63,809 nt of DNA, filler included, from Octopus bimaculoides (GCF_001194135.2; 9 parts of 7 records of this genome joined end to end with filler, not necessarily neighbours in it); one strand, 5' to 3'. Positions 11,289 to 24,394 are shown, numbered from the whole stretch's first letter. The notes: generated from the sequence alone by a model not told the origin. Made by a program: numbers and translations.

Positions 11289-11334
11289 CGGCCAGAGTTC
11301 TTTCGTCACACTTCTGTGACCTCATCAGTGGTCC
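11289..11334 (-). ncRNA. Minimal type-I hammerhead ribozyme-like motif (Penelope pLTR type)
   Basis: Minus strand GGACCA-CTGATGA-G-GTCACA(GAAG)TGTGAC-GAAA-GAACTC-TGGCCG: intact core, 6-bp stem II, CUC triplet, short stem I. Confidence 0.55.
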
Positions 11335-11785
11335 TTTGCTTTCTTCTTTCTTATATGTTTGTCCCTCCTTGCTAACGATCAGCCATTTTGTATTTTGTAT
11401 TCCTATTGTATGTGTCTACATTTGCGCATGCGCATCCCTCTATGTGTGTCTATGTTTTGTAAGTGCATGTGTGTGTATGGGGAGTGCCTGTATTATCTGT
11501 ATCCTCTGTTAATACATGTTCATTTATTTTGTCTTTATTTATTTATTTGTTCATGTGTTTATACCTACTTCTCATTCTCTGTAGAAAGAAAACACATACA
11601 CGCGCGCACAAATACATAGACAAATCACATAGAGTCTTTCTCTTGCATACACATATACACACACACAGACCCAATCGCATGGGCAGATACAATGGAGGAA
11701 GCAGAACAAGAGAAAACACGTTGGAGAAACGCCTATTAGTGAGGTGGCAGGATTTGCGACGAAAGCCATTTGACACAAAAACTAA

Positions 11786-11841
<56 letters not shown>

Positions 11842-12195
11842 TAAAGTTGAAATGAAACCGATATATATGGTGCATGTGTTTAATTAGCAAAATAGGACCA
11901 TCCACTAGTATAATAATACTCGATTCGACACACGTTTTCACATCAAGATATATGATTTCATATATATATGAAACGACATATATATANNNNNNNNNNNNNN
12001 NNNNNNNNNNNNNNNNNNNNNNNNNNNNNNTTAATTAATTAANNNNNNNNNNNNNNNNNNNNNNNNNNNNNNNNNNNNNNNNNNNNCACATCAAGTGCTT
12101 TACCATTAAGCTAAACTGCCCAGTAACGAATTCTTCAGCAATTTTAGAATTTATAAATTTAGCTTTATAAGACGCATTATGTATATAATATATAT

Positions 12196-12405
12196 ACTGT
12201 TGCCAGTACCACCTGACTGGCCCTCGTGCCGGTGGCATGTAAAAGCACCCACTACACTCTCGGAGTGGTTGGCGTTAGGAAGGGCATCCAGCTGTAGAAA
12301 CTCTGCCAAATCAGATTGGAGCCTGGTGTCGCCTCCTGGTCCACCAGTCCTCAGTCAAATCGTCCAACCCATGCCAGCATGGAAAGCGGACGTTAAACGA
12401 CGATG
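12196..12405 (+). mobile_element. RTE 3'-tail copy
   Basis: Very similar to 140-355. Confidence 0.85.
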
Positions 12406-12839
12406 TATCTGTATGCGTGTGTTTGGGCAAATATGTATTTGTGTATGAATATATATATAGCTGTGTTTGTAGTTGTATATACTTGTGTGTGTGTGTGCAT
12501 TTGTAAAATTGAACAGAAATGACTTTTTTGATAATTTTTCCATTTTAATAATTTGATGCTCACAAGTTATTTGGTGTTTACAAAATTATCAGAAAAGCCA
12601 TTTCTATTCATTTTTCCAAATGTATAATTGTATAACCAAGAACTTTCTATTTCTTATTCTGCTATATATATATATATATATATACACGCACAGCACACAC
12701 CATCAATTTGAATTAAGTGTGACATAAACCAGTCCATAGAAGCCTGGTATAATGAAGAAACAAGAGCAGTTGAAGCGAGACTGTATTCCCCTGGAGAGGT
12801 CACTGATGTAGTTGTATAACAGCATGGCTGTTTGTTGTA

Positions 12840-13550
12840 CAGCAGACAGTGTGGCTTTGTTGTAGTAGCAGTAGTAGTAGTGGTGGTGGTGGTAGTGGTG
12901 CTAGTGTTGATGGTGTAATGTCTGTAGTTGATGTGGTAACAGTATTGGCTGTAGCTACAGAAGTGGTGGTGGTAGCAGTGCTGGTTGTGGTGTTGGAGGT
13001 GGTATGGTGTCCCCTACGTTTGACAAAGCTGTGGTTTTGTGGTGGCATTGGTGGTAGTGGTGGTGGTAGAAGTAGCAGGTTGATAGTAGTGGTAGCTACA
13101 GTGGTTGGAGTGGTGGTGATGGTGGTAGTTGTGGTGATGGTGGTAGTTGTGGTGATGGTGGTGTGGTGTTTGTGATGGTTGTGGTGGTGGTGGTGGTAGT
13201 GATTACATTGTCACAACTGCCATAGTAACCGTTGTTATGGTGGCTGTTTTCATGGTCCTGGCAGTAGTGGTGGTGGTGGTGGTTATGTTTGCCATAGTTG
13301 TCATGGTTACAGTGGAGATGTTAGTCTGTAGTTGTCCTGGTAGTAGTAGTAGTAGTAGTAGTGGTGATGGTTGTTGCAGTTCTGATGGTAGTTGTAATTA
13401 TGGCTTAGGTAGTAGTACTAACATCTGTTGTTGTTGTGGTGATGGTGGTGGTAGTGGTTGCATTGTCCCCACTGTCATAGCAACAACAGTTCCCATAGCA
13501 GTTGTGGTGGTAGTATGGTCAGTGGTGGTGGTGATGTGGTTGCAGTTGTA
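12840..13550. repeat. GGT/GTA/GTT low-complexity tract
   Basis: Degenerate trinucleotide repeats that produce spurious poly-V/G/S ORFs. Confidence 0.85.
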
Positions 13551-13679
13551 CAGACAATAGACATAATTAAGACCCACGTCAGTCCATTCTTTCTCAACCC
13601 TCTCTGCCTAATTAAATTAATAACTATAACAAGCTTTTAAATGATTACTATAATAATAGCAATAATATAATAGTAACGA

Positions 13680-14165
13680 TTTCAAAAGTTTGGCTCAAGG
13701 CCAGGCGAGTTGAGGGTGGGGATAAGTTGATTCCATTGTCCCCAGTGTTCAACTGGTACTTATTTTATCGACCCCAGAAGGATGAAAAGTAAAGCCGACC
13801 TCGGTGGAATTTGAACTGAGGACAAAATTGCCACTAAGCATTTGCCCAGCATGCTAACGATTCTGCCAGCTCGCCACAATAATTATCCTTTCTACTATAG
13901 GCACAAGACCTGAAATTTTAGGGGAGGCGGGTGTGTGTGGGGGGGCAGTCGATTACATTGAGCCCAGTACATAACTGGTACTTATTTCATTGGCTCTGAA
14001 AGGATGAAAGGAAAAGTCAACCTCAGCAGAATTTGAACTCAGAACGTTAAGCATTTTGTTCCGTGTGCTAACCATTCTTGCTTTCTACTAAAGGTACAAG
14101 GCCTGAAATTTTGGAAGAGCGAGACAGTTGATTACATTGACCGGTACTTATTTTATCGACCCCTT
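13680..14165 (-). mobile_element. Chain of three SINE family C copies
   Basis: Repeated GGTACTTATTTTATCGACCCC...GGATGAAAG..AAAGTC.ACCTC..CGGAATTTGAACTC. Confidence 0.75.
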
Positions 14166-14387
14166 TTATACTTTTTTTTTTTTTACATGTGTGTTCTCAG
14201 AATTGGTCTATCCATACTGGCCATTTTTCCGACATCCATCAAATTCTNNNNNNNNNNNNNNNNNNNNNNNNNNNNNNNNNNNNNNNNNNNNTTAATTAAT
14301 TAANNNNNNNNNNNNNNNNNNNNNNNNNNNNNNNNNNNNNNNNNNNNATATATATATATATATATATATATAGGTATTTAAAATATT

Positions 14388-15115
14388 TATGAATGAGAAA
14401 AAGAAGAAAATTGAGGAATTGACATGTAGATACTAGTTTATTCAAAGATATTCAAATCCATGTCATGAAATTCCTGTCCTACCGCCTTTTCTATATCCAA
14501 TTAGTTCAATTACTGAAATTAAATTAAATTAAATTAGTAGTTTATAGATGTAAGGTGATATCTGAGGCTAAAAGTTTCTTCTACATAAGGGCTACGCAGA
14601 ATTTTGTCAAGAAACGCGTCTGTAACCTTATTTACACCTTTAATAATAGGAATAGGTCTTCTACTAGCCTCAGTAAATTTATTTGGGAGTTGAAAGACAA
14701 GAAAATAGTTTTTCTGTGGAGTGGGAGATCATAAGCAAGGCAACTGCTTATAAGCCTGGAAACTCCTTTTGCTTTCTTTGTCTAGAAGAATTATTCCTGA
14801 TCTTATATTCTTGGAGACGTCTCTTAAATGCTAAAATCGAGACTGGTTTTTCATGTGTTCACGCATGTAAATGGACTCTTAGGTCAACCAACACGTTGAA
14901 ATGTAAGTCCCTTTTGGGAAAATTCTTCCCTGATGAAATACCCAATTAACCAGCTTCAGTATGAAAATTTAAATTAAATTAATTTAATTTAATTTCTGTA
15001 ACTTAACTAATTGGATATGGAAAGGACAGGAATTTCATTATATGGATTTGAATATCTTTCAATAAACTGATGTCGACATGTCAATTTCTCCATTTTCTCC
15101 TTTTTCTCATTCATA
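14388..15115 (+). mobile_element. Penelope-like element 3' fragment: GIY-YIG endonuclease remnant between ~150-bp inverted repeats
   Basis: VVYRCKV..YIRAT..SLSKFIWELKD / WEIISKATAYKPG..CFLCLEE..LLN at about 14537-14890. Segment 14388-14535 is the reverse complement of 14966-15115. Confidence 0.85.
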
Positions 15116-15122
15116 TAGATAG

Positions 15123-15175
<53 letters not shown>

Positions 15176-15261
15176 CATATTTATATATGTAAATATACGG
15201 TTATGTATGTATATATGGTGTATGTATGCGTGTATATGTGTATGTATATGCATGTGGGTAT

Positions 15262-15332
<71 letters not shown>

Positions 15333-16157
15333 AAGAAAGAGATTGTATAGAATCACTTTTATGTTCTTGTAGAGATTATTCACCAGTCTGTGAGAGAGAA
15401 CATTTTTTTAAAAACAATTATCTTGAAAATCCAACCAAGGTTAGAGATACAATGTATTTTCAAGGATCCGGCAACCATAAATAAGATCTTTCAATTCACT
15501 TAGACCACAAAAATATTTAACAACGATTTCACTGTTTGTTACCTATACATTTTACTCTCTTTATTTTTATCCGTTTGTGTGTATGTGCGTGTGTGTTTTA
15601 TCAGTTTATTCTTTTATATAAGAGTTATTATGTATCTTCCCTAGTCTGCCATACAAGTTTACTCAGACGTTTAAATTGATTAAATTAATTAATTTACCAT
15701 TGTACTACGAACATGCGATTATGTTACCTGAATGAATCACAAGACGGATTCTTCTTGGGGTAGACCAAGAACAAAATGGTCGCATAATATCCATAGTCAC
15801 AGTTGGGTACGCTAGGGAATCTGGCCGGAAAGGGTAATGATGGTTCCTCCTGATAGAACCCTGTGGGGAAAGTGCAAAGAGACTCCACCCCCACGACCCT
15901 TCCCGGAAAAGTAGCCGAAGAAGATCAATGAATGGAATAATTGTGAATGTACGTATAAGTATATTGTTTTCCTGGTTGGAATTTCGGCTTATTTTGACCG
16001 ATCGCGACCCAGGGACACGATTAGAAAGGAATAGGACTTCATTTGTTGAGTCATTTTTAGCGGAACCATTCGTCCTTTAAATCGCATGAAGGTTTTGCAG
16101 ATTGTTAATGCATGCGTGTAAGTATGTGAATATCTATCTACACACACACACACACAC

Positions 16158-16202
<45 letters not shown>

Positions 16203-16413
16203 NNNNNNNNNNNNNNNNNNNNNNNNNNNNNNNNNNNNNNNNNNNNNNNNNNNNNNNNNNNNNNNNNNNNNNNNNNNNNNNNNNNNNNNNNNNNNNNNNN
16301 NNNNNNNNNNNNNNNNNNNNNNNNNNNNNNNNNNNNNNNNNNNNNNNNNNNNNNNNNNNNNNNNNNNNNNNNNNNNNNNNNNNNNNNNNNNNNNNNNNNN
16401 NNNNNNNNNNNNN

Positions 16414-16502
<89 letters not shown>

Positions 16503-17471
16503 GTATGTATGTATGTATGTACACGCATACATATACACACAATTGCTGTACAATTTACAAAAAAAAACATTGAGCGGGGCGGGGGGAACAAGGTAAAACC
16601 ACAGGTTTGACTTCTAATATCGGAGTCGCCTGTCGAATGGATAAAAACGTGCCGACAATCAAAAAACTATTATCGTAATAACATATTAATGAGATTGTGA
16701 TTGACTTCGCTGATCTTTGTGTGTAGCCATGTGCTGACATTTGTGTGGATAAGTGTATGCAGGTCATCACTTGTGTGTGTGTGTGTAAATATAAAGCTGA
16801 CAATACACATAAATTTACAAACACATACAGATTCACAGGCGCAGACATAAATGTATATACAAATACGCATCCATACTGTAATGGAGAAAGCTGCTTATTA
16901 ATTAGGTATGTAACAATTACTGAAAGTACGAAAAGAGAGCAATTATTAAAGGGTTGATATAAATTCATGTTCTAAGAAATTTCCTATGATTTCGATTTCT
17001 CAAGTTTATTGAATTGTTTAACTCCAATTTCTCTCAAATTTAAATATTCACTGCGTCCAATGCATCACAAATTTAACTATTCATTGTATTCACTGCGGAG
17101 TATTCCATTTTCATTTGCAAAGTCTCTCACTTTCTCTTTTAAGTTTTGATTCGCTATTAATGTATTCGTAATGTAAAAACATTATTTATTGAATGAAATT
17201 TTTTTTAAATACCAGTATAGTTTTTGAACGCGAGATAGCTGTGAGAAGAGCCCAGAAAGTTGGGTAATTACTATTAGAAGATGAGGAGGAAAAAAAACAA
17301 AAAAAGTTACCGACAAGTACTCAAAACTTGCTCCTTATTCAGAGTTTCCAAACAACTTCAACATACACAAACACACTCATACACACTCACGCGCACACAT
17401 AAGTACACATACACACAAATGAAAGGCAATGAATGTGTATATGTGAACAGTGTGTGTGCGTGCGCGCGCGC

Positions 17472-17523
17472 TTCACTGACAAAGCTTCGTGCTGCATCAC
17501 TTTCGTGAAGTTTTGTCAGTGAA
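17472..17523 (+). ncRNA. Candidate pre-miRNA-like hairpin
   Basis: Uninterrupted 20-bp stem (17 Watson-Crick pairs plus 3 G:U) with a 12-nt loop. Confidence 0.35.
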
Positions 17524-18181
17524 CAGGTTGCAGTTTCAAAGCAACGAAAATATTTTGACACAAATGAAGTTTTAATGTTGAAGTGAAACTAACGGTATTT
17601 GTGTGTTCTTGAATGGTTTACAAACATCTTCCACACTGCAATTGTTTTTGTTTCAGTACACAATCTCAGATCAAGTCACTTGCTATGCAAGAACAACTCT
17701 GTAATTGTTTTTTTAAATCACTGGGGATAAATGCCAGCAATGACCTTCTCAGGCTCTCCAATATTTTATTTTCTAAACAGAAACAATCGGGAGCAGGGAT
17801 TGGGGTTGCAAAATATTCATAATTTCTCAAATTTTCTTTGTTATAACATATAAATGTATCTATGGGAGTAAAATATTGAAAAACATTAATACATGCGAGA
17901 GTCATAAAAAAGCGAGGAGGGTTGTCTTTGGATGTGCTAGAAACAACAACCAAATCGCCCTTAAATCACTTTTCCATCTGAAGATATTAACAATTAAAAA
18001 AAAAAAATTTACCGAAAATGCTCTCCCCATGGTTTTGAAGTGCAAAAAATTTTGTTAAGAAGTATTCATTTTTCTGGATGTTATGAGGCAACAAAGTCGG
18101 GGGCGTATACAACTGTAGTAATGCCCTTTTATATATATGATTTTTTCATTTCATGTTTATTTCATTCATTGTTTGCAATGT

Positions 18182-18219
<38 letters not shown>

Positions 18220-18370
18220 TCTCTCTCCCTCTCTCTCTCTATCTATCTATCTATCTATCTATCTCTCTCTCTCTCTCCCTCTCTCTCTCTCTCTCTCNNN
18301 NNNNNNNTCTCTCTCTCTCCCTCTCTCTCTCTATCTATCTATCTATCTATCTATCTCTCTCTCTCTCTCC

Positions 18371-18411
<41 letters not shown>

Positions 18412-18869
18412 TCACACACTGCAAAACTTACAGATGGGCTGCTGAATTGAAATCTCTATGTTGCTTTGAGAGGTAAATAAAACTTGACATACTGCTTCTC
18501 CCTCTGTAGTTGGACTACTGTGATGTTTGTTTAAAAAGTGAGATTATGCCTGTGATAAAATAATGAAAGCAATATTTACTAAACAAGTGAGCACTATTAT
18601 ACAAAGAAATAATTAGACGTAAAACATAAAAACTGTTAGAGATGGGATTGAAATGTGAAAATATTATCAAGGGTCGAGCAGAAAACCGACCGGAGGGCGA
18701 TCTTTCTGCTAGTTAACATAAATACGCATGCAAATATATATATACACAACAAACATACAATATTATTTGTACCTTTGAATGTATTTATTGATTTACTTAT
18801 GCGTGTGTGTGCGTGCGTACGCATGTATGTATTTTCGGACGTATATGTGTCATGAGTCCTACTAGTAGC

Positions 18870-19620
18870 ATGCACTCCAGTACAACCTGTTGCATAAGTG
18901 GGTCGTCGGTTACGAAACCGGTTCCACTACCAGACTTGCCTGCTGAGGAGGGTTGTTAAATCCCCCACAAGACAGAAAAAAAACAACGTAGGACCAACAA
19001 TTATGCAAGGACATAGAAATACTCGTGATAATGAACGAGTCCACCGTAAGTCCACCTGGGTTTAATGAACCCTTAGTGGTTGCTATATCTGTCTGAGAGA
19101 ACGATTCTCTCATGTAAAACCTAGATGTTATTCAGCTTCTGGTCGTTCCAATCAGTACTGAGAAGACTCCGGGAAGAAAGCCGTTCTATCTGAAACCTAA
19201 GTACATTTCTCTACGCGCTTCATTCATTATAATCATTTCTGTGCACATGTCCTTCTCGGAAAACACAGTAAAGATAGACGAAATCCTGCATTGATGGGAC
19301 AAAATGGAATATATAGGCTTGACTAGCTGGAAATAATTGTGAACCTGTGCTTAGGCGGCTTAGGATATTAGGTGATTCTTTTCCAAATTGTGACGATGAA
19401 TTGATTTGGCAGCACCTCTACTGACTGAGCAGTCCTTTCCATGGATGGCACTGATCGATTGTTGAGCAAGAAGAAACTAGACAAGGTGGTCTAATCAAAG
19501 CTTATCAAATTCTGAAGCTGACTAGCAATTCCATTACTGGTAAACACCCTGTCTTTGTGGAGTTTTATGGTAACATTCAAGAAACTAACAATTTGCCAAG
19601 AAGTGGTCTACTTGGACACA
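18870..19620 (+). mobile_element. Possible very decayed LINE 5' region (5' UTR plus APE endonuclease-like remnant)
   Basis: Only weak frameshifted resemblance (LLSKK.., VEFYGN..) to RTE-type APE motifs, plus a GC-richer leader. Confidence 0.25.
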
Positions 19621-19783
19621 AGTTGACTTCTGCCGCATAATGTATGCATGTATGTATGTATGTATGCATATAAATGTGTGAGTGTATGTATGCATGCATC
19701 TCCATATGTATGTATTCATGTTTGTATGTATGTAGTATGCATGTATGTTTGTATGTATGTACATATATGTACGAATGTATATA

Positions 19784-19979
19784 TAGGGTGACCCAAAAGT
19801 AGGTTTACAGTTATTCAACTATCTCTTTCGCATTCATATATTAACAGTTTAGATCTTAATTATAAAAACAATATGAAACCATTATTCTATGCTAATTTAG
19901 TTAATTGTAAAATAGGAATTTAAATGTAATAAAATGTTTTAAAAGAAAATTAAAGTAAACCTACTTTTGGGCCACCCTG
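19784..19979. mobile_element. Tc1/mariner-type MITE, 196 bp
   Basis: 25-bp TIRs (T/C)AGGGTG(A/G)CCCAAAAGTAGGTTTAC flanked by TA on both sides. Confidence 0.9.
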
Positions 19980-20378
19980 TATATGTATATACGTATTATG
20001 TACGTGTATATATTAATATATGTATATATGTGTGTCCGTGTGTATGTACCTAGATGTGTACATATGTATATGTATGCATATACATAGACATGTATGTATG
20101 TATGTACGTGCATATGATGTAAGCGTGTATGCACGTACGTATGGATGGATGGATGGATGGATGGATGGATGGATGGATGGATGGATGGATGGATGTTCAA
20201 GACTAAATGTTTTGTTTGGTAAGTGTAAACGCACGAAACTCTTAGATCTTGTCTCATTTATAAGCGTTACTGTTAAATGTAAAAGAGACACAAACGTATA
20301 AACGTTTGTGTGTATATATGTGTTTGTGCATATGATGCATATGTCTATGTATCTAATTATCATGTACGTACATACGTA

Positions 20379-20502
<124 letters not shown>

Positions 20503-20789
20503 TTTCCGTTTAGAAAAAAAAATCCCGCTGAAAAGCCAAATTAAGTCAAAACCACAGGTGTTGCCTTGGTGGAATATTAGAGACTTGACTTGCTCAATGA
20601 ATGGACAAAAACGTGCCGACAATCAAAAGCTATCATAATGACATTCTAATGAGAATATAAATGAGTTAGTTGTTACTGGTGTTTAGCCATGTGCTGACAT
20701 TTGCATATATGTGTGTGTGTGAGTGTGTGTGTATGCATGTGACCACTTGGTTGTAGGTGTATGTGTTTGTGTGCATATCATGGATATAT

Positions 20790-20849
<60 letters not shown>

Positions 20850-21659
20850 TCACTCAGACATACATCTATATGCATATGTATATGTGCTTGTATATACGTA
20901 TACGTGTGAGTACATGTATGTATGTATGTATGTATGTATATGTCTGTATATAGGAATGTATGCATGTATGTATGTGTGTGTGTATGTCTGTCAGTTTACA
21001 TACATACATACGTACGTATGTATGTATGTATGTATGTATGCATGCATGTATGTATGTATGTGCAAAGTGATCTTCACGATATATTTGGCTGATAACCGGA
21101 TCTGTCCGACACACGACAACAGCCATTCAACAAAGATTCAAAGGTCAGCAATATTCGATTAAGCGAGAAGATACAGAACGATTTTGTACTTGTGTACGTG
21201 TCTCAGATAAGTCTATCTCCAATCTTATTTCCGTGCTTGTAGAGTTTATTTCGAACCGATAACGTCCTCTTGTAGTACTGCCACTTTTAGTTATCTTGTC
21301 TTCTGATTTCAAAGTCCTCTGGAATGGACCAGCCGGTTATTTTTTGTCAACACCTTGAGTTACCCCGAGAACGTTATCGTTCTTCCCCCAGTAGTAGTCC
21401 TACAGAGAATGCTAGTATGGAAACTACGGGCCGCATTATCCGAATGGAAGAAGATTGTGAGCAGCTGGCAGCACTTCAGACGGTAGGTGCTTACTCTTGG
21501 TCCTCGCTTGACCCAGATCTGTCACTCTGTCAAAGAAACGAGTTATGGGAAAACGTACGCGACAAAACACGACCATACCTGCTCACTGATAAGGCTGGTA
21601 TCTCTGTAAAAGTGTTGCAGCTACAATACATGTCTGCGTGGCATCAATGATTTCTACAA

Positions 21660-22520
21660 TGCCACAAGGCCTTGAGTTTATGAGTGAAGGTCATAATCGA
21701 TTTAATCGATCTAAAGACCTTAACTGGTATTTATTTTATCGAACGCGGCATGGATTAAAGACAAAGTCAATCTTAGCGGTATTGCAAAACAATAATGGTC
21801 TTGAATTTAAGCACAATGCCAGCAATTTTTAACGGGAGTTGGTTAGTCGATACCCATCTACCCCAGGACTTGACTGTTACTTTACTTTATTGACTCGTAA
21901 AGGGATGAAAGGGGCGAAAGGTAATGTTGAGCTCGGTGGGAACTCAGAACGTGATGAGCTGGAATGAATACTGCAAAACATTTTGTTTGATGCTTTAACA
22001 AATGTGCAAAATGACCGCCTTTGGTTTCTAATTTAGACACAAAGCCAGAAATTTTGAGTTGAATGTGTTAGTCGATACCACAAACTCCAGGATTTAACTG
22101 GTACTTTATTTTATCGATTTCGCAAGTATGAAAGGCGAAGTTAACCTTTAGAGATCGAATCCCGCCGAAGTCGACTTTGCTTTTGAGCTCTCCGAGGTCG
22201 ATAAAAAGAAAGTACCCATCAAGTACAAAGGGTGATGATATTGACTAAACCCTTCCCCTCAAAACTGTGCATTAATCAGAAACACTTGAAAGCAATAATA
22301 ATAATAATAATTACTATTTCTAATTCAGGCACAAAGCCAGCAGTTTCGAGGGGAAAGGTTAGTGTATGTCATCGACCCCAATATTAAACTGGTACTTTAC
22401 TTTATCGACCCCGGTTAGAAAAACAGCAACATTGACCTCAACAGCATTCGAAATCAGAACATAAAATCCAGAAAACATGCCGCGAAGTATTTTTCGATTT
22501 TCTAACGGTTCTACCAGTTC
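21660..22520. mobile_element. Cluster of about five SINE family C fragments, mostly minus strand
   Basis: Recurrent GGCACAAAGCCAG..TTT...GTCGAT...CTGGTACTT..TTTATCGA blocks. Confidence 0.7.
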
Positions 22521-22536
22521 ACGAATAATAATAAGA

Positions 22537-22910
22537 ATGTTGTTGGCACTCCGTCGCTTACGACGTCGAGGGTTCCAGTTGATCCGATCAACGGAACAGC
22601 CTGCTCGTGAAATTAACGTGCAAGTGGCTGAGCATTCCACAGACACGTGTGCCCTTAACGTAGTTCTCGGGATATTCAGCGTGACAGTGTGACAAAGCTG
22701 ACCCTTTGAATTACAGGCACAACAGAAACAGGAAGTAAGAGTGACAGAAAGTTGTGGTGAAAGAGGTTCGCCACCAACCCCTGCCGGAGCCTCGTGGAGC
22801 TTTAGGTGTTTTCGCTTAATAAACACTCACAACGCCCGGTCTGGGAATCGAAACCGCGATCCTATGACCGCGAGTCCGCTGCCCTAACCACTGGGCCATT
22901 GCGCCTCCAC
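22537..22910 (-). mobile_element. tRNA-derived SINE family A, full length
   Basis: A/B boxes as in 5382-5580, with a tail ending ...GTCGTAAGCGACGGAGTGCCAACAAC. Confidence 0.85.
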
Positions 22911-23324
22911 AATGATAAGAATATGTTGCTTCTTATACGAACGAACCGACTATACGTTTTCTTCTCACACAACACCAATATCACAGCACTCGATTGTATT
23001 GCTGTTGTTCTTGTTCTTATAGTTGTTTAGTCCCAAGTCGGTCCTGGTCAAACAAACCATCATCAAAAAACATTCCAGCCGTGACCATCCAGGTTTTCGT
23101 TTTAGATGTGTAAATAGCATATCTAGGATCACTACCACCTGTTGTATCCATTTAATAAAAAAAAAAGACCTTGAGTGTAACATGAAAGAGGTTTGGCTCT
23201 ATTTCTAACAGATCGTGTGACCACGTAGAGGTTCCGTCATTGGCTTGGGTTTATCTCGTCATGTCTTGACTAAAAGTAGATTTCTTTGGTGGAAGTGGAG
23301 TAGCGAGCTGGTAGAATCTTTATC

Positions 23325-23735
23325 ACGCCGGCGAGCTGGCAGAAACATTAACGCGACGATCGAAATGCTTAGCAGTATTTCGTCTGCCGCTACGTTCTGA
23401 GTTCGAATTTTGCCGGGGTCGACTTTGCCTTTCATCCTTTCGGGGTCGATTAAATAAGTATCAGTTACGCACTGGGTCGATATAATCGACTTAATCCGTT
23501 TGTTTGTCCCCTCTGTGTGTAGCCCTTTGTGGGCAGTAAAGAAATAAGAATCGTTATCACGCCGGATAATGTGCTTAGTGGCATTTTGTCCGTCTTTACG
23601 TTCGAAGATCAAATTCCGCCAAGGTCGACTTTGCCTTTCATCCTTTTGGAGTTGATGAAATAAATACCAGTTAAACACTGGGGTCGATGTAATCGACTTA
23701 TCCTTCCCCAAAATGTGGCAAGATTTGAAACCAAT
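23325..23735 (+). mobile_element. Two tandem SINE family C copies
   Basis: Head GGCGAGCTGGCAGAAAC.TTAAC...GTTCTGAGTTCGAATT, followed by GTCGACTTTGCCTTTCATCCTT twice. Confidence 0.85.
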
Positions 23736-23954
23736 TTCCTAGATAGAACTGACGTCAGATGCCGGACCAGATGTCTCGTGACAAGAATCCTGCCTGGCAC
23801 ATGATTCTCCTAATTCATGTTTCTGATTTACATATCTCACACTGTTACTTTCTTTCTTTCTCTCTTTCTTTCTTTTTCCTTTCTTTTTTCTTTCTTTCTT
23901 TCTTTCTTTCCTTCCTTCTTCTTTTCTTTCTTTCTTTCTTTCTTTCTTTCCTTC

Positions 23955-23996
<42 letters not shown>

Positions 23997-24222
23997 GTTA
24001 TTCCTACCTTTACCTCCTCTCTCGGATAATAGACCGATGCAACGTTTTTGAAGATTCCTTCACAAATGTTGTTTTCCAAGCTAAATGCAAAAATCATAGC
24101 CATTTTATGGAGAAATTGACAGTAAACTTAAGAAATTTTCAAAAGCAAAAATTGGATCTGATGTATGAAACCCCAAAAAAGACACCTCCTCTCTCTCTCT
24201 TTCTCTCTCTCTCACACACACA

Positions 24223-24265
<43 letters not shown>

Positions 24266-24360
24266 ACTCTCTCTCTCTCTCTTTCTCACTCTCACCTCTT
24301 TCTGTTTAAATCTACCTATCACCACTACTACTACTAATCATGTTTCTTGTGTATGTGCGC

Positions 24361-24394
<34 letters not shown>

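Noticed and set aside
14611-14626. GAAACGCGTC, a classic hammerhead 3' half
   Set aside because: It lies inside the GIY-YIG reading frame (KKRV) with no properly placed CTGANGA and stem II upstream.
18914-18975. GAAACCGGTT followed by CTGAGGA as a permuted hammerhead
   Set aside because: Stems I and II cannot be formed in that order.
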